64,000 nucleotides of DNA, taken from the NCBI GenBank assembly GCA_963715865.1, contig OY970280.1, positions 416,001 through 480,000 on the forward strand, in the 5' to 3' direction. The stretch is from Candidatus Bathyarchaeota archaeon. GTDB taxonomy: Archaea > Thermoproteota > Bathyarchaeia > Bathyarchaeales > Bathycorpusculaceae. Position numbers and translations under genes: made by a program. Shown here piece after piece: positions 56,427 through 64,000 of this stretch. Position 1 is the stretch's first letter. The number at the start of each line of letters is the position of its first letter. The notes under the pieces were generated by a model. It was not told where the DNA came from, did no database searches, and saw only the letters and a program-made list of their open reading frames with translations.

Positions 56427-57812
56427 TTGCAAAAGAAATTGCTTGCTATAATTGTAGTAGTAATAATAATCATTGCAGCAGTTGCAGCAATAGAATTAGC
56501 ACCACAAGCACCTTCAGCAGAAGCGAGAAACATTCAGATAGGCTTAGTTGCACCAGTATCAGGATCACCTGTCGGAGTAGACATGCAACGCGCAGCTCAG
56601 ATGGCTGTGAACGAAATTAACAATGCTGGCGGCGTTTACGTGTCTAGTTGGCACGCTCATGTGAACATTACTTTAGTAACCGCTGATACAAAGGGTGATG
56701 CTCCAGCCGATGCTAAGACAGCCGTAACCCAATTAGAGAATACAAACCCAGTTGACCTATTCATTGGTGGATACGGAAGCGCAGGCACTCTTGCTGACGA
56801 AGTAGTGGCTACACAAGATCGTATTCCATTCATAATAACAGGTGCATCAAACGATCTTGTCACAAGAAGAGGACCACAAGGTGACTATGGCGGTTTCGGA
56901 CCGACAGGCACATACAGTACTAATGATACGGAAGGAATGAGTTACGTTTTCCACTATTGTACCACAACCTACGATTACACTAAGACAGTAGTTGATTTCT
57001 TTGCTCAAGTAATGAAGCCAATGGTAGCAGCCAACCGAAACTTCAGCCTCGCCATACTCTACCGAAATGACGCCTTTGGGCAAGGCGTTGACCAAGCAAC
57101 CAAGTACTGGATAAAGAACGAAAGCTTACCGATTACTGTTGTCTCCGACAGAGGTTATACTGCAGGTGAAACTGATTTTACAACCGACCTCAAAGTTGTT
57201 CAACAATCGAACCCAGACGCAGTATTTGTCGCTGAAAACCCAAACTTAACGCCGTTAGTAATTCAGCAGGGATGGAGTACCGTTGGACTAAAAACTGTTT
57301 ACGTAGCAGTCGAGAACAATCAAGACCCACAGTTCTATAGTCTACTAGAAGGCATGGGTAATGGTATGGGCAACGGCCAACTGATGGAATCAAAGATGGA
57401 CCCCTTCATGAATCCTTCATACAGTACAGCAGTTGGAACATACGCAACGAAATTTAATCAGACTTACAGCGTAATGCCTGGAATGATGGGTGCTGACACC
57501 TATGACGCGTTCTACATCGCTAAAGCAGCAATCGAAAGTGCAGGAACACTTGACAAAGCAGCCGTGCGCCAGGCTATAGAGAACACGAATATGAAAGATA
57601 GCCTTATACTAACGCAAACTGGCAAAATACAGTTCAGCACAGGCGTTAACTATCATGAGATACAGCCGATAACCTTCATGGAGCAACTCAACCGGAACTC
57701 GGCGACTAACAAGCTACAGTCCCAAATAATCTGGCCAACAAGCGCTGCGGGCATAAGCAACTTTAATCAAACGTCATTCACTCTGCCAACAGGATACATT
57801 GCTGGAAAGTAA
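56427..57812 (+). CDS. LivK-type ABC substrate-binding protein
   Basis: N-terminal anchor; AVNEINNAGG, GGYGS, NDAFG and YDAFY motifs. Confidence 0.85.
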   Translation: MQKKLLAIIVVVIIIIAAVAAIELAPQAPSAEARNIQIGLVAPVSGSPVGVDMQRAAQMAVNEINNAGGVYVSSWHAHVNITLVTADTKGDAPADAKTAVTQLENTNPVDLFIGGYGSAGTLADEVVATQDRIPFIITGASNDLVTRRGPQGDYGGFGPTGTYSTNDTEGMSYVFHYCTTTYDYTKTVVDFFAQVMKPMVAANRNFSLAILYRNDAFGQGVDQATKYWIKNESLPITVVSDRGYTAGETDFTTDLKVVQQSNPDAVFVAENPNLTPLVIQQGWSTVGLKTVYVAVENNQDPQFYSLLEGMGNGMGNGQLMESKMDPFMNPSYSTAVGTYATKFNQTYSVMPGMMGADTYDAFYIAKAAIESAGTLDKAAVRQAIENTNMKDSLILTQTGKIQFSTGVNYHEIQPITFMEQLNRNSATNKLQSQIIWPTSAAGISNFNQTSFTLPTGYIAGK

Positions 57813-57933
57813 AAATTCATTTAATATTTTCTCTTTTTTTGTAAGAATCTAATACTGATATGTTTTAAATACTTAAGTGAGAAATAGTTGAGCCAATTGC
57901 CAACTAATCATAAAAAATGAGGAAAAATTCGAC

Positions 57934-58812
57934 ATGTTCATTACCGCATCGACTATCATCTTTTCTCTAATCTGGGGGGTGGCAATTGGATGCGTATACA
58001 TGTTGCTGGCAACTGGATTAAACGTCATTTTTGGCGTTATGAAACTTGTGAATTTCGCGCACGGCCAGTTTCTCATGATTGGCGCGTTCGCAACTTGGGC
58101 TATCTCGGTTGCAATTGGATTAAACGCATATATTGCAATTCTTATCTCAATAGGCATCGTTGCAGTCCTTGGTGTTGTTGTTCAACGGTTTACTTTTCGC
58201 AAGGTTCTTGGCACAGACAAGCTGAACGAAATTTTTGTCAGCCTCGGATTGATTTACATCTTTGAAAACGTCGCAGTGCTTCTTTGGGGAAACGGGTCCC
58301 AACGGATTGTTAGTCCTTTAAACGGTTTAAGTTTGGATATGCAAAGCATTTCGATTAGTTATGACCTCCTCGTTGTCGTCGTTGCCGTAGTAGCTATCCT
58401 CATTGCTTTCGGTGTTTTAATGTACCGAACAAAAATTGGACTAGCAATGCGAGCTACGAGCCAGATTAATCACGCAGCCATGCTCATGGGAATTAATGTT
58501 GACAGAATTTACTTGATTACCTTCACTTTGGGCTCAGCCCTGGCTGCTACGGCTGGAGGATTATATGGGGTCATCTACACATTTAATTATCAAAGCGGGG
58601 AGTTGCCAACTATCATTGCTTTCGCAGTTATCATTCTTGGCGGTTTAGGAAGCATACGGGGAGCCATCGTTGGTGGCTTACTGTACGGCATCGCGGAGCA
58701 AATGGCAACTCTGTTCCTTGGGGGAATATGGTCAAGCGCCGTTGCATTTGCCCTGCTAATAGCTGTCCTTATTGTTAGACCTAACGGGCTATTCGGCGAA
58801 AAAGGAGAATGA
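57934..58812 (+). CDS. livH: LivH-type permease
   Basis: GLNVIFGVMKLVNFAHG, MRATSQ, MGIN and RPNGLFG motifs. Confidence 0.9.
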   Translation: MFITASTIIFSLIWGVAIGCVYMLLATGLNVIFGVMKLVNFAHGQFLMIGAFATWAISVAIGLNAYIAILISIGIVAVLGVVVQRFTFRKVLGTDKLNEIFVSLGLIYIFENVAVLLWGNGSQRIVSPLNGLSLDMQSISISYDLLVVVVAVVAILIAFGVLMYRTKIGLAMRATSQINHAAMLMGINVDRIYLITFTLGSALAATAGGLYGVIYTFNYQSGELPTIIAFAVIILGGLGSIRGAIVGGLLYGIAEQMATLFLGGIWSSAVAFALLIAVLIVRPNGLFGEKGE

Positions 58813-58813
58813 C

Positions 58814-59905
58814 ATGCTAAATAAACAGAAACTGAGCACTCTCGTGCAATCGAAGAGCTTCCAACTTTTCCTAATTGCCACTGCAATTTTGGTCTTGATT
58901 CCAATTTTCATACGGAATAGCTTCTTCATGTTCGTTTTTACTCTCATATTCATTTTTGGGATTTATGCGGCAAGTTGGAATTTTTTAGCTAATTCAGGGC
59001 AAGGGTCCCTTGGCCACGCTGTGTTTCTAGGAATCGGCGGTTTTGCCTCAGCCATAATCGGCACCAAAATATCAGCTACCATAATTTCAGCTTCAGGGGT
59101 TTACACGATGCCGATAGGCTTCTTATCGGTGCTAATCCAGGTTCTTGTGATTCTTGTAGGCGGCTTGCTTTCAGCAGGAATTGGCTTACTGATTGGATTG
59201 GCGTGCGTACGGTTGAAGGCGTGGTATCTGGCAATAGTTACTTTTGGTTTCTCAGTCATTGCTGAAACGCTCTCAAGCCAGTTTGATTCCATCACAAATG
59301 GGATAAATGGCTTTCCGCCTGCAACCTTTGTGCCAAGCGGGTATCCATTTTACCTTTTGGTGATTCTTTTCGCTGTCGCATCAATTTCAGTGATGTATCT
59401 ATTAATGAAATCGCGAATGGGCTTGGCTTTCAGAGCTATTCACGGCAACGAAGCTGAGGCAAGGATGATTGGGATTAACACGGCGAAGTATAAGCTCATC
59501 GCCTTTGTTATCAGCACGTTCTTCGCTGGCCTAGCTGGTGGATTGTATGTTTATTTCTATGGGTTTGTTGATAACTCCATTTTTTCGCCGACTAACTCGT
59601 TTACGCCGCTTATAATGACTGTTATCGGTGGCCTAGGCACGGTAGCCGGGCCTGTAGTGGGCTCGATTTTCTTTACCTCAGTCGGGCAAATTCTGTCAAC
59701 TCAAAGCGTGACACAAAGCCTCAACAATACGCTTGGGCCATTCTTCCCTAATGCTGGCTATGTTGGACCACCTCTGACTTACCTATTTATAGGGGTAATC
59801 CTGCTGGTAATCGTGATTTTCTTCCCCAAAGGCTTAACGCCCTTGTTCCACAAGTTTTACAAGTATATAATGACCGAAGAAAAACCAGAGAGGAAGAAAG
59901 CATGA
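58814..59905 (+). CDS. livM: LivM-type permease
   Basis: GQGSLGHAVF, YLAIVT, RAI..NE..A..IGIN and FPKGL motifs. Confidence 0.88.
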   Translation: MLNKQKLSTLVQSKSFQLFLIATAILVLIPIFIRNSFFMFVFTLIFIFGIYAASWNFLANSGQGSLGHAVFLGIGGFASAIIGTKISATIISASGVYTMPIGFLSVLIQVLVILVGGLLSAGIGLLIGLACVRLKAWYLAIVTFGFSVIAETLSSQFDSITNGINGFPPATFVPSGYPFYLLVILFAVASISVMYLLMKSRMGLAFRAIHGNEAEARMIGINTAKYKLIAFVISTFFAGLAGGLYVYFYGFVDNSIFSPTNSFTPLIMTVIGGLGTVAGPVVGSIFFTSVGQILSTQSVTQSLNNTLGPFFPNAGYVGPPLTYLFIGVILLVIVIFFPKGLTPLFHKFYKYIMTEEKPERKKA

Positions 59906-60264
59906 AAGGAACAGATTACTTTGCTGAAGAGTTAGGAATCAAGCTGGTTGAAGCCAGGGACGGCTACGCAAAAGTGTCAATGAAGGTTGAGAAGAACCAT
60001 ACGAACGCTTTAGGCTTCACTCATGGAGGCGCCATTTTTTCGCTGGCTGATTACGCTTTTGCGCAAGCATGCAACTATGGAGATAACGTTGCCGTTGCAG
60101 TTCAAGTAAACATAAACTTCCTAAAACCTTCTGTTGAAGGAGACACTTTGACGGCTGAGGCAGTCAGGGTTTCTGATGGGAAAACAATGGGCTTGTACCA
60201 CGTGACGATTAAGAATCAGGAGAAAATGATAGCTTTCTTTTCAGGATTAGCATTCAAAAAGTAA
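59902..60264 (+). CDS. paaI: PaaI-family hotdog thioesterase
   Basis: NALGFTHGGAIFSLADYAFA..CN motif. Confidence 0.88.
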   Translation: MKGTDYFAEELGIKLVEARDGYAKVSMKVEKNHTNALGFTHGGAIFSLADYAFAQACNYGDNVAVAVQVNINFLKPSVEGDTLTAEAVRVSDGKTMGLYHVTIKNQEKMIAFFSGLAFKK

Positions 60265-60278
60265 TTTTACTCATGCGG

Positions 60279-60545
60279 TTAGTTCTTATTGCTCTTGTTG
60301 AAGGCGCCGCAGGCAATCCCTGGTCTATGATCTCTAGCGCACACTGGAACACCTTCGACGTTCTCAAAGTTGACGCAGTTTACGCAAAACCGCTCGTATG
60401 GAGCATCAGGGTCTGAAATCTCTGGTTTTGGCTTGAACTCTTGGCAGCAAACCGAAGGCCCATGATGCATAGCGCATAAGGCAACTTTATCGATGCTTCT
60501 TCGGTCCTCGAGGTTCAAGCAGTCTCTGCAACTTTCTATTTGCGT
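60279..60545 (-). CDS. Small Cys-rich protein made of two CxxCxN...C...H.P...C..F repeats; probable ACG start
   Basis: Frame extended upstream of the TTG in the track to SD AGGTGA + 7 nt + ACG CAA ATA GAA AGT TGC AGA GAC TGC. Confidence 0.6.
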   Translation of the reverse strand, partial: TQIESCRDCLNLEDRRSIDKVALCAMHHGPSVCCQEFKPKPEISDPDAPYERFCVNCVNFENVEGVPVCARDHRPGIACGAFNKSNKN

Positions 60546-60805
60546 TTTGCTATCACCTTACTTACTCACTATTCTTCAATTTTGATTAAACAACCATTTA
60601 TTTTATAATAATCTAAACGTATAAAAGGTTTGCTTGAATAATATTGAACGTCTGTTTAAAAGAACAGCCCATAAACCATTATTTGATTAATAAAAACTGC
60701 CGCTCAAACTTAATTTACAAATCAACCAAACACAACCGCGGTCCATTCAGAAAAAGGAATTAACCAACAATATTTTTATGTCGGTCTAAACCCTAGAGTC
60801 ACAAT

Positions 60806-60878
60806 GCTGGGGTGGCCGAATGGTTCAGGCGACAGCCTGCAGAGCTGTTATATATGGGTTCAATTCCCATCCCCAGCT
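60806..60878 (+). tRNA. tRNA-Cys(GCA), intronless, CCA not encoded
   Basis: Acceptor stem GCTGGGG/CCCCAGC with U73 discriminator, ACAGC-CTGCAGA-GCTGT anticodon arm, and GGTTCAATTCC. Confidence 0.95.
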
Positions 60879-60880
60879 TT

Positions 60881-60919
60881 TTGGCATAAACCCATATACT
60901 TTGGATAAACCCATATACT
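60881..60919 (+). repeat. Tandem duplicate TTGG(C)ATAAACCCATATACT
   Basis: Copies at 60881-60900 and 60901-60919; each contains AACCCATATA, the reverse complement of tRNA bases 60851-60860. Confidence 0.8.
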
Positions 60920-61145
60920 ATTTGCGTTTTCTAAAGAGTTTCAGCTTATCCATTTCACAAACGTATTCGTAGCCTGACTCAATGAGATCTGTTGCTTCCT
61001 TGGCGTTTGAAGCTGCTTTACAGATGAAGTCGTCATCCTCGAATGTTACCAGCTGCGTGTAGATTAGAGTGTTTTTGATGTTTTTGTGTCCGAGCAGACG
61101 CATGACGCGCAGGATGTCTTTGGTTTTGCGGTATTCCATTGTGGC
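60918..61145 (-). pseudogene. Tyrosine integrase C-terminal remnant
   Basis: ATMEYRKTKDILRVMRLLGHKNIKNTLIYTQL...KLFRKRK; no N-terminal or DNA-binding part. Confidence 0.85.
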
Positions 61146-61230
61146 AAGGACGTTGCCTCGTCCAGCACTAAAATTTCAGGATTTGCAACCAGCGTTTTGG
61201 CTAAACATGAGTTGCGCGCACTTTCCCATT
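61146..61230 (-). pseudogene. ABC-ATPase Walker B remnant joined to the integrase fragment
   Basis: Manual translation CLAKTLVANPEILVLDEATS. Confidence 0.55.
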
Positions 61231-61284
61231 TGCAGCATTAATTTATCGATTTGCTCTTAGCAAATTATAATTATCTCGCTCACT

Positions 61285-62415
61285 TTGGACAAGGTGTTGT
61301 TAAGAACGGTAAGAACGATCGACGAGTGTGATCCCTTGAAAGAAAAACCCAATGTTCTAATCGTCGGAGCAGGCGCAATCGGTTTAAGCGTAGCAGGCTG
61401 GATTTTTCCTTCCAATGAAAACTTGCATCTTCTAGCACGAGGCGAAAGCGTTGTTGCGATTAGAAAACACGGGTTACGGCTTTATCAAATAGGTAAAGAA
61501 GACACAACTGTTCCAATGCCAGTGAAAGTAATTGAATCATTAGACGAGATTCCGCCTCCAGATATTATAATCATTGCCGTGAAAAACTATGATCTCGACC
61601 GAACAGCTCAGACGCTCAGGCACCAACTCGGAAATTATCAGCCAATCGTTGCGACCCTTCAGAACGGCGTAGACAACCAGCAGATACTGCCCAAGTATTT
61701 TTCCAAAGTAACATACGGCGTCGTCTGCTACAACGCATGGCGAGAAGGTGCCGGGAAAGCCACATATGTGAAACGAGGATACCTAATTATTGGAACCCCA
61801 AACAATGGCCTGCAACCCGAACTTCAAAGCGTTAAAAACGTCTTATATCCTGGATTAGAATGCTTTATCACCAATCGTTTACAGGATGCAGTTCACTGCA
61901 AATTAGCAATTAATCTCATAAACGCATTAATGGCACTAGTGGGGTTTCGAAAACGGTCCATTGAGTCTGAAAAGATTCTTGTGCACATGACAACTAGATT
62001 GCTATGGGAAGGAATTCAGGTGCTGCAAGCGACAGGTTTTGAGGAACATGATCTTGGTAATATGCCCTCTTGGAACGATATCCGAATAGCTGTTAATATC
62101 CCAGAATCACCTGCAAATCCCCTTTACGACTTTATCGTCAACAGGGTCGGACCAACCAGCATGACACAAGACGTGTTCAGTGGAAAGACGAACACAGAAT
62201 TGGAATCATTGAACGGGCATATGCTTGAGTTAGCCCGCAGGGTAGGGGTTCCGATGCCGATTAACCAAGCTATCTATGAGATCGCTAAGGAACGTTTCTG
62301 CTCCAGCTTCAAACCCATCCAAGAAATTGACCTTTGGGAAATGATAAACAATAGAATTCTCGACCGTTCGCACGTGCTTATTCGAAAACTTGCAACATTA
62401 GGCGATTGCAATTGA
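61285..62415 (+). CDS. panE: Ketopantoate reductase (ApbA/PanE) family protein
   Basis: IVGAGAIG, AVKNYD, TLQNGV, KLAINL, SMTQD and ELESLNG motifs. Confidence 0.75.
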   Translation: MDKVLLRTVRTIDECDPLKEKPNVLIVGAGAIGLSVAGWIFPSNENLHLLARGESVVAIRKHGLRLYQIGKEDTTVPMPVKVIESLDEIPPPDIIIIAVKNYDLDRTAQTLRHQLGNYQPIVATLQNGVDNQQILPKYFSKVTYGVVCYNAWREGAGKATYVKRGYLIIGTPNNGLQPELQSVKNVLYPGLECFITNRLQDAVHCKLAINLINALMALVGFRKRSIESEKILVHMTTRLLWEGIQVLQATGFEEHDLGNMPSWNDIRIAVNIPESPANPLYDFIVNRVGPTSMTQDVFSGKTNTELESLNGHMLELARRVGVPMPINQAIYEIAKERFCSSFKPIQEIDLWEMINNRILDRSHVLIRKLATLGDCN

Positions 62416-62610
62416 AAGCAAATGTTAAAGAACGAAAAGAAAAAAGTGGGTTTGCGGGTGACATCTCCACTTTGGTGAGGGTTCAATTCCAATCTCCAGC
62501 TCTTAAGATGAATCATGGATTTCTCGAGATAATTGTTTTCTGTTCACTTGCGTCCTTTCTGGATAGTATAGCTGCAAAAATTGGCAGAAGAATTTCTTCG
62601 TTTTCTTCTT

Positions 62611-63318
62611 TCAGTTTAGCTTAAAGTAAATGCGTCTGTTATTTTTGCCCTTGTTCTCAGTTTTAACAAGTTCGACTTTTCCAATCTCTCTCAGGTTTCT
62701 TACGTGAGTACCGCCGTCCGCCTGCCTGTCTACACCGACTATTTCGACGATTCTGAGGACTGGAAGATCTGGCGGGAACGCTTCAGCCATCTTAACGATG
62801 CCAGGGATTTTCATCGCTTCTTCTCGGGGCAACTCATACCACTTAACAGGGACATCGGTGATGAATAACTCGTTCGCCTTCGCAAGGTACGCTTCCAGAA
62901 GTGCTCTGTCAAATTTTTCTATGCTGAAGTCAAAGCGGACATGGTCTTCTTCAAGCTGGTTGCCCGTGATAAGTGCGCCTGTGCCTTTGTTAAGAAGGGC
63001 TGCGAGGACATGGGCGGCAGTATGACTGCGCATAAGTTTGTACCTTCTTTCCCAGTTTAGAACTAAGCGAACCTTGTCGCCTGGTTGAAGACCAACATGG
63101 TCAACTTCATGAGAGATTTCGCCTGAGAACTTGCCAACATAGATGACGTTATAGACCTCGTTGCCTTTGATTATCTTGCCCGTGTCATGTGGTTGACCCC
63201 CGCCTTTGGCATAGAAAATCGTTTGATCCAGAATCACGTACTTTCCATCTTTGACAGAAACTACGGTAGCGTCGGATTCTTTGAGGTAACTGTCGACCAA
63301 GAACAATGCTTTAGTCAT
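62611..63318 (-). CDS. alaX: AlaX-M trans-editing alanyl-tRNA deacylase
   Basis: DQTIFYAKGGGQPHDTG, HTAAH, RFDF and ADGGTH motifs. Confidence 0.9.
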   Translation of the reverse strand: MTKALFLVDSYLKESDATVVSVKDGKYVILDQTIFYAKGGGQPHDTGKIIKGNEVYNVIYVGKFSGEISHEVDHVGLQPGDKVRLVLNWERRYKLMRSHTAAHVLAALLNKGTGALITGNQLEEDHVRFDFSIEKFDRALLEAYLAKANELFITDVPVKWYELPREEAMKIPGIVKMAEAFPPDLPVLRIVEIVGVDRQADGGTHVRNLREIGKVELVKTENKGKNNRRIYFKLN

Positions 63319-63613
63319 GGAAGCATCTCTTTGAAGGCTCTGTTGTTCTTTCTCTAAAAAACTCTATATCAGCTTTGCGTAAACAGCGGCGCATTTAAAA
63401 GCAAAAGCCAAAGAAGCACAGAACAAAAAATGCATGCCTGCCTAATCCGTGAATTTCCTAAATTCAAAACATGTTTTCGTTCTCAGCTTTTCAGCATACA
63501 TCCCCAGCTTTTGAACGAATCCACAACTTCTGAAGGCGAAGTTCAGGTTGAATCATCCTGTAAGCGAAGTTTTTAATTGGAAAGGGGGGGCAGAGGCGGC
63601 TATTTGCTTGGTA

Positions 63614-63747
63614 GTTTAAGGGTCAAAAAGAGGGTATCCTTTGTCTTGTGCAGTACGTAGTTAAGTTTTCAGCGCATAGCAGGGGTAGGGTAGGCTAGTT
63701 TTTAGCTAGCGAAACTAGGTCAAAAAACTAGGTACTGGTTGGGTAGG
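63614..63747 (-). repeat. Dispersed intergenic repeat family B, copy 2
   Basis: Reverse complement aligns with 37381..37505. Confidence 0.7.
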
Positions 63748-63751
63748 TGTT

Positions 63752-64000
63752 CTAAGCCTTTGATTGATTGCTAAAATACTCTTTCATCGGGTTCCAGTAA
63801 AATTCTGTCCAGCCCTCAGCAATCTCGTCCGCTTGCTCTTTGGGCACATTCGAGTGTACCATCAAAATTTCTGTTCCTCCGGGAACTTCTCTGAAAGTCA
63901 ACTCTAGTTTTGAAGGAGGATAACCTTTTAGCCAATCCGTCGTCGTCCATTCTTGAACTACACGTTTGCCCTCTTCAAGCTCCAAGTTTTTGCCAAAAAT
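63752..64000 (-). CDS. SRPBCC/AHA1-like domain protein, 5' part beyond the window
   Basis: IFGKNLELEEGKRVVQEW...GWTEFYWNPMKEYF; open to the right edge. Confidence 0.8.
   Translation of the reverse strand: MFGKNLELEEGKRVVQEWTTTDWLKGYPPSKLELTFREVPGGTEILMVHSNVPKEQADEIAEGWTEFYWNPMKEYFSNQSKA

Larger units (their letters stand above)
60856..62501. mobile_element. Decayed tRNA-Cys-integrated element (about 1.65 kb) bounded by 23-nt att-like direct repeats
   Basis: 60856-60878 GGGTTCAATTCCCATCCCCAGCT versus 62479-62501 GGGTTCAATTCCAATCTCCAGCT (21/23), with an integrase remnant inside. Confidence 0.75.

Noticed and set aside
1859-63025. Many 60-160 aa antisense or alternate-frame ORFs in the track (e.g. 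6325..6741, 10793..11161, 52975..53457, 54700..55149)
   Set aside because: They lie wholly within well-supported genes on the other strand or frame, lack motifs and SDs, and read as shadow ORFs.

Overview
Archaeal chromosomal window, most likely Bathyarchaeia (inferred from the gene content, the archaeal SRP RNA and tRNAs, and the tyrosine-integrase C-terminal motif). From left to right it holds: tRNA-Lys(CUU); glpQ, trmO and cutA; a trpE-G-D-C-B-A operon with no trpF; SRP RNA; an accessory patch with two toxin-antitoxin pairs, small Cys-rich proteins and truncated genes; a HemN-like radical SAM gene and a Btu-type ABC importer; rad50-mre11; a 13.4-kb island with three different group 3 [NiFe]-hydrogenases (HdrCB-MvhGA, HoxEFUYH, and a sulfhydrogenase with fused beta-gamma subunits); an ACD-GNAT fusion; an orphan LysW; a Liv/PaaK/IorAB/PaaI aryl-acid cluster; and tRNA-Cys(GCA) with a decayed 1.6-kb integrated element. 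Top candidate: trpE has no in-frame start codon. The only SD-preceded ATG opens a 16-codon leader ATG GGG AAT CGC CTT TGG, and a +1 slip CUU to UUU at that Trp codon (prfB-like CUU-UGN geometry) enters the TrpE frame, suggesting a Trp-starvation-sensing ribosomal frameshift. Caveat: the window shows several other single-base frameshifts, some in homopolymer runs, so a sequencing error must be excluded. Other highlights are an IorA with an inserted four-cluster ferredoxin, two unannotated dispersed intergenic repeat families, and probable ACG/CTG start codons. All identities were judged by eye, with no database searches.
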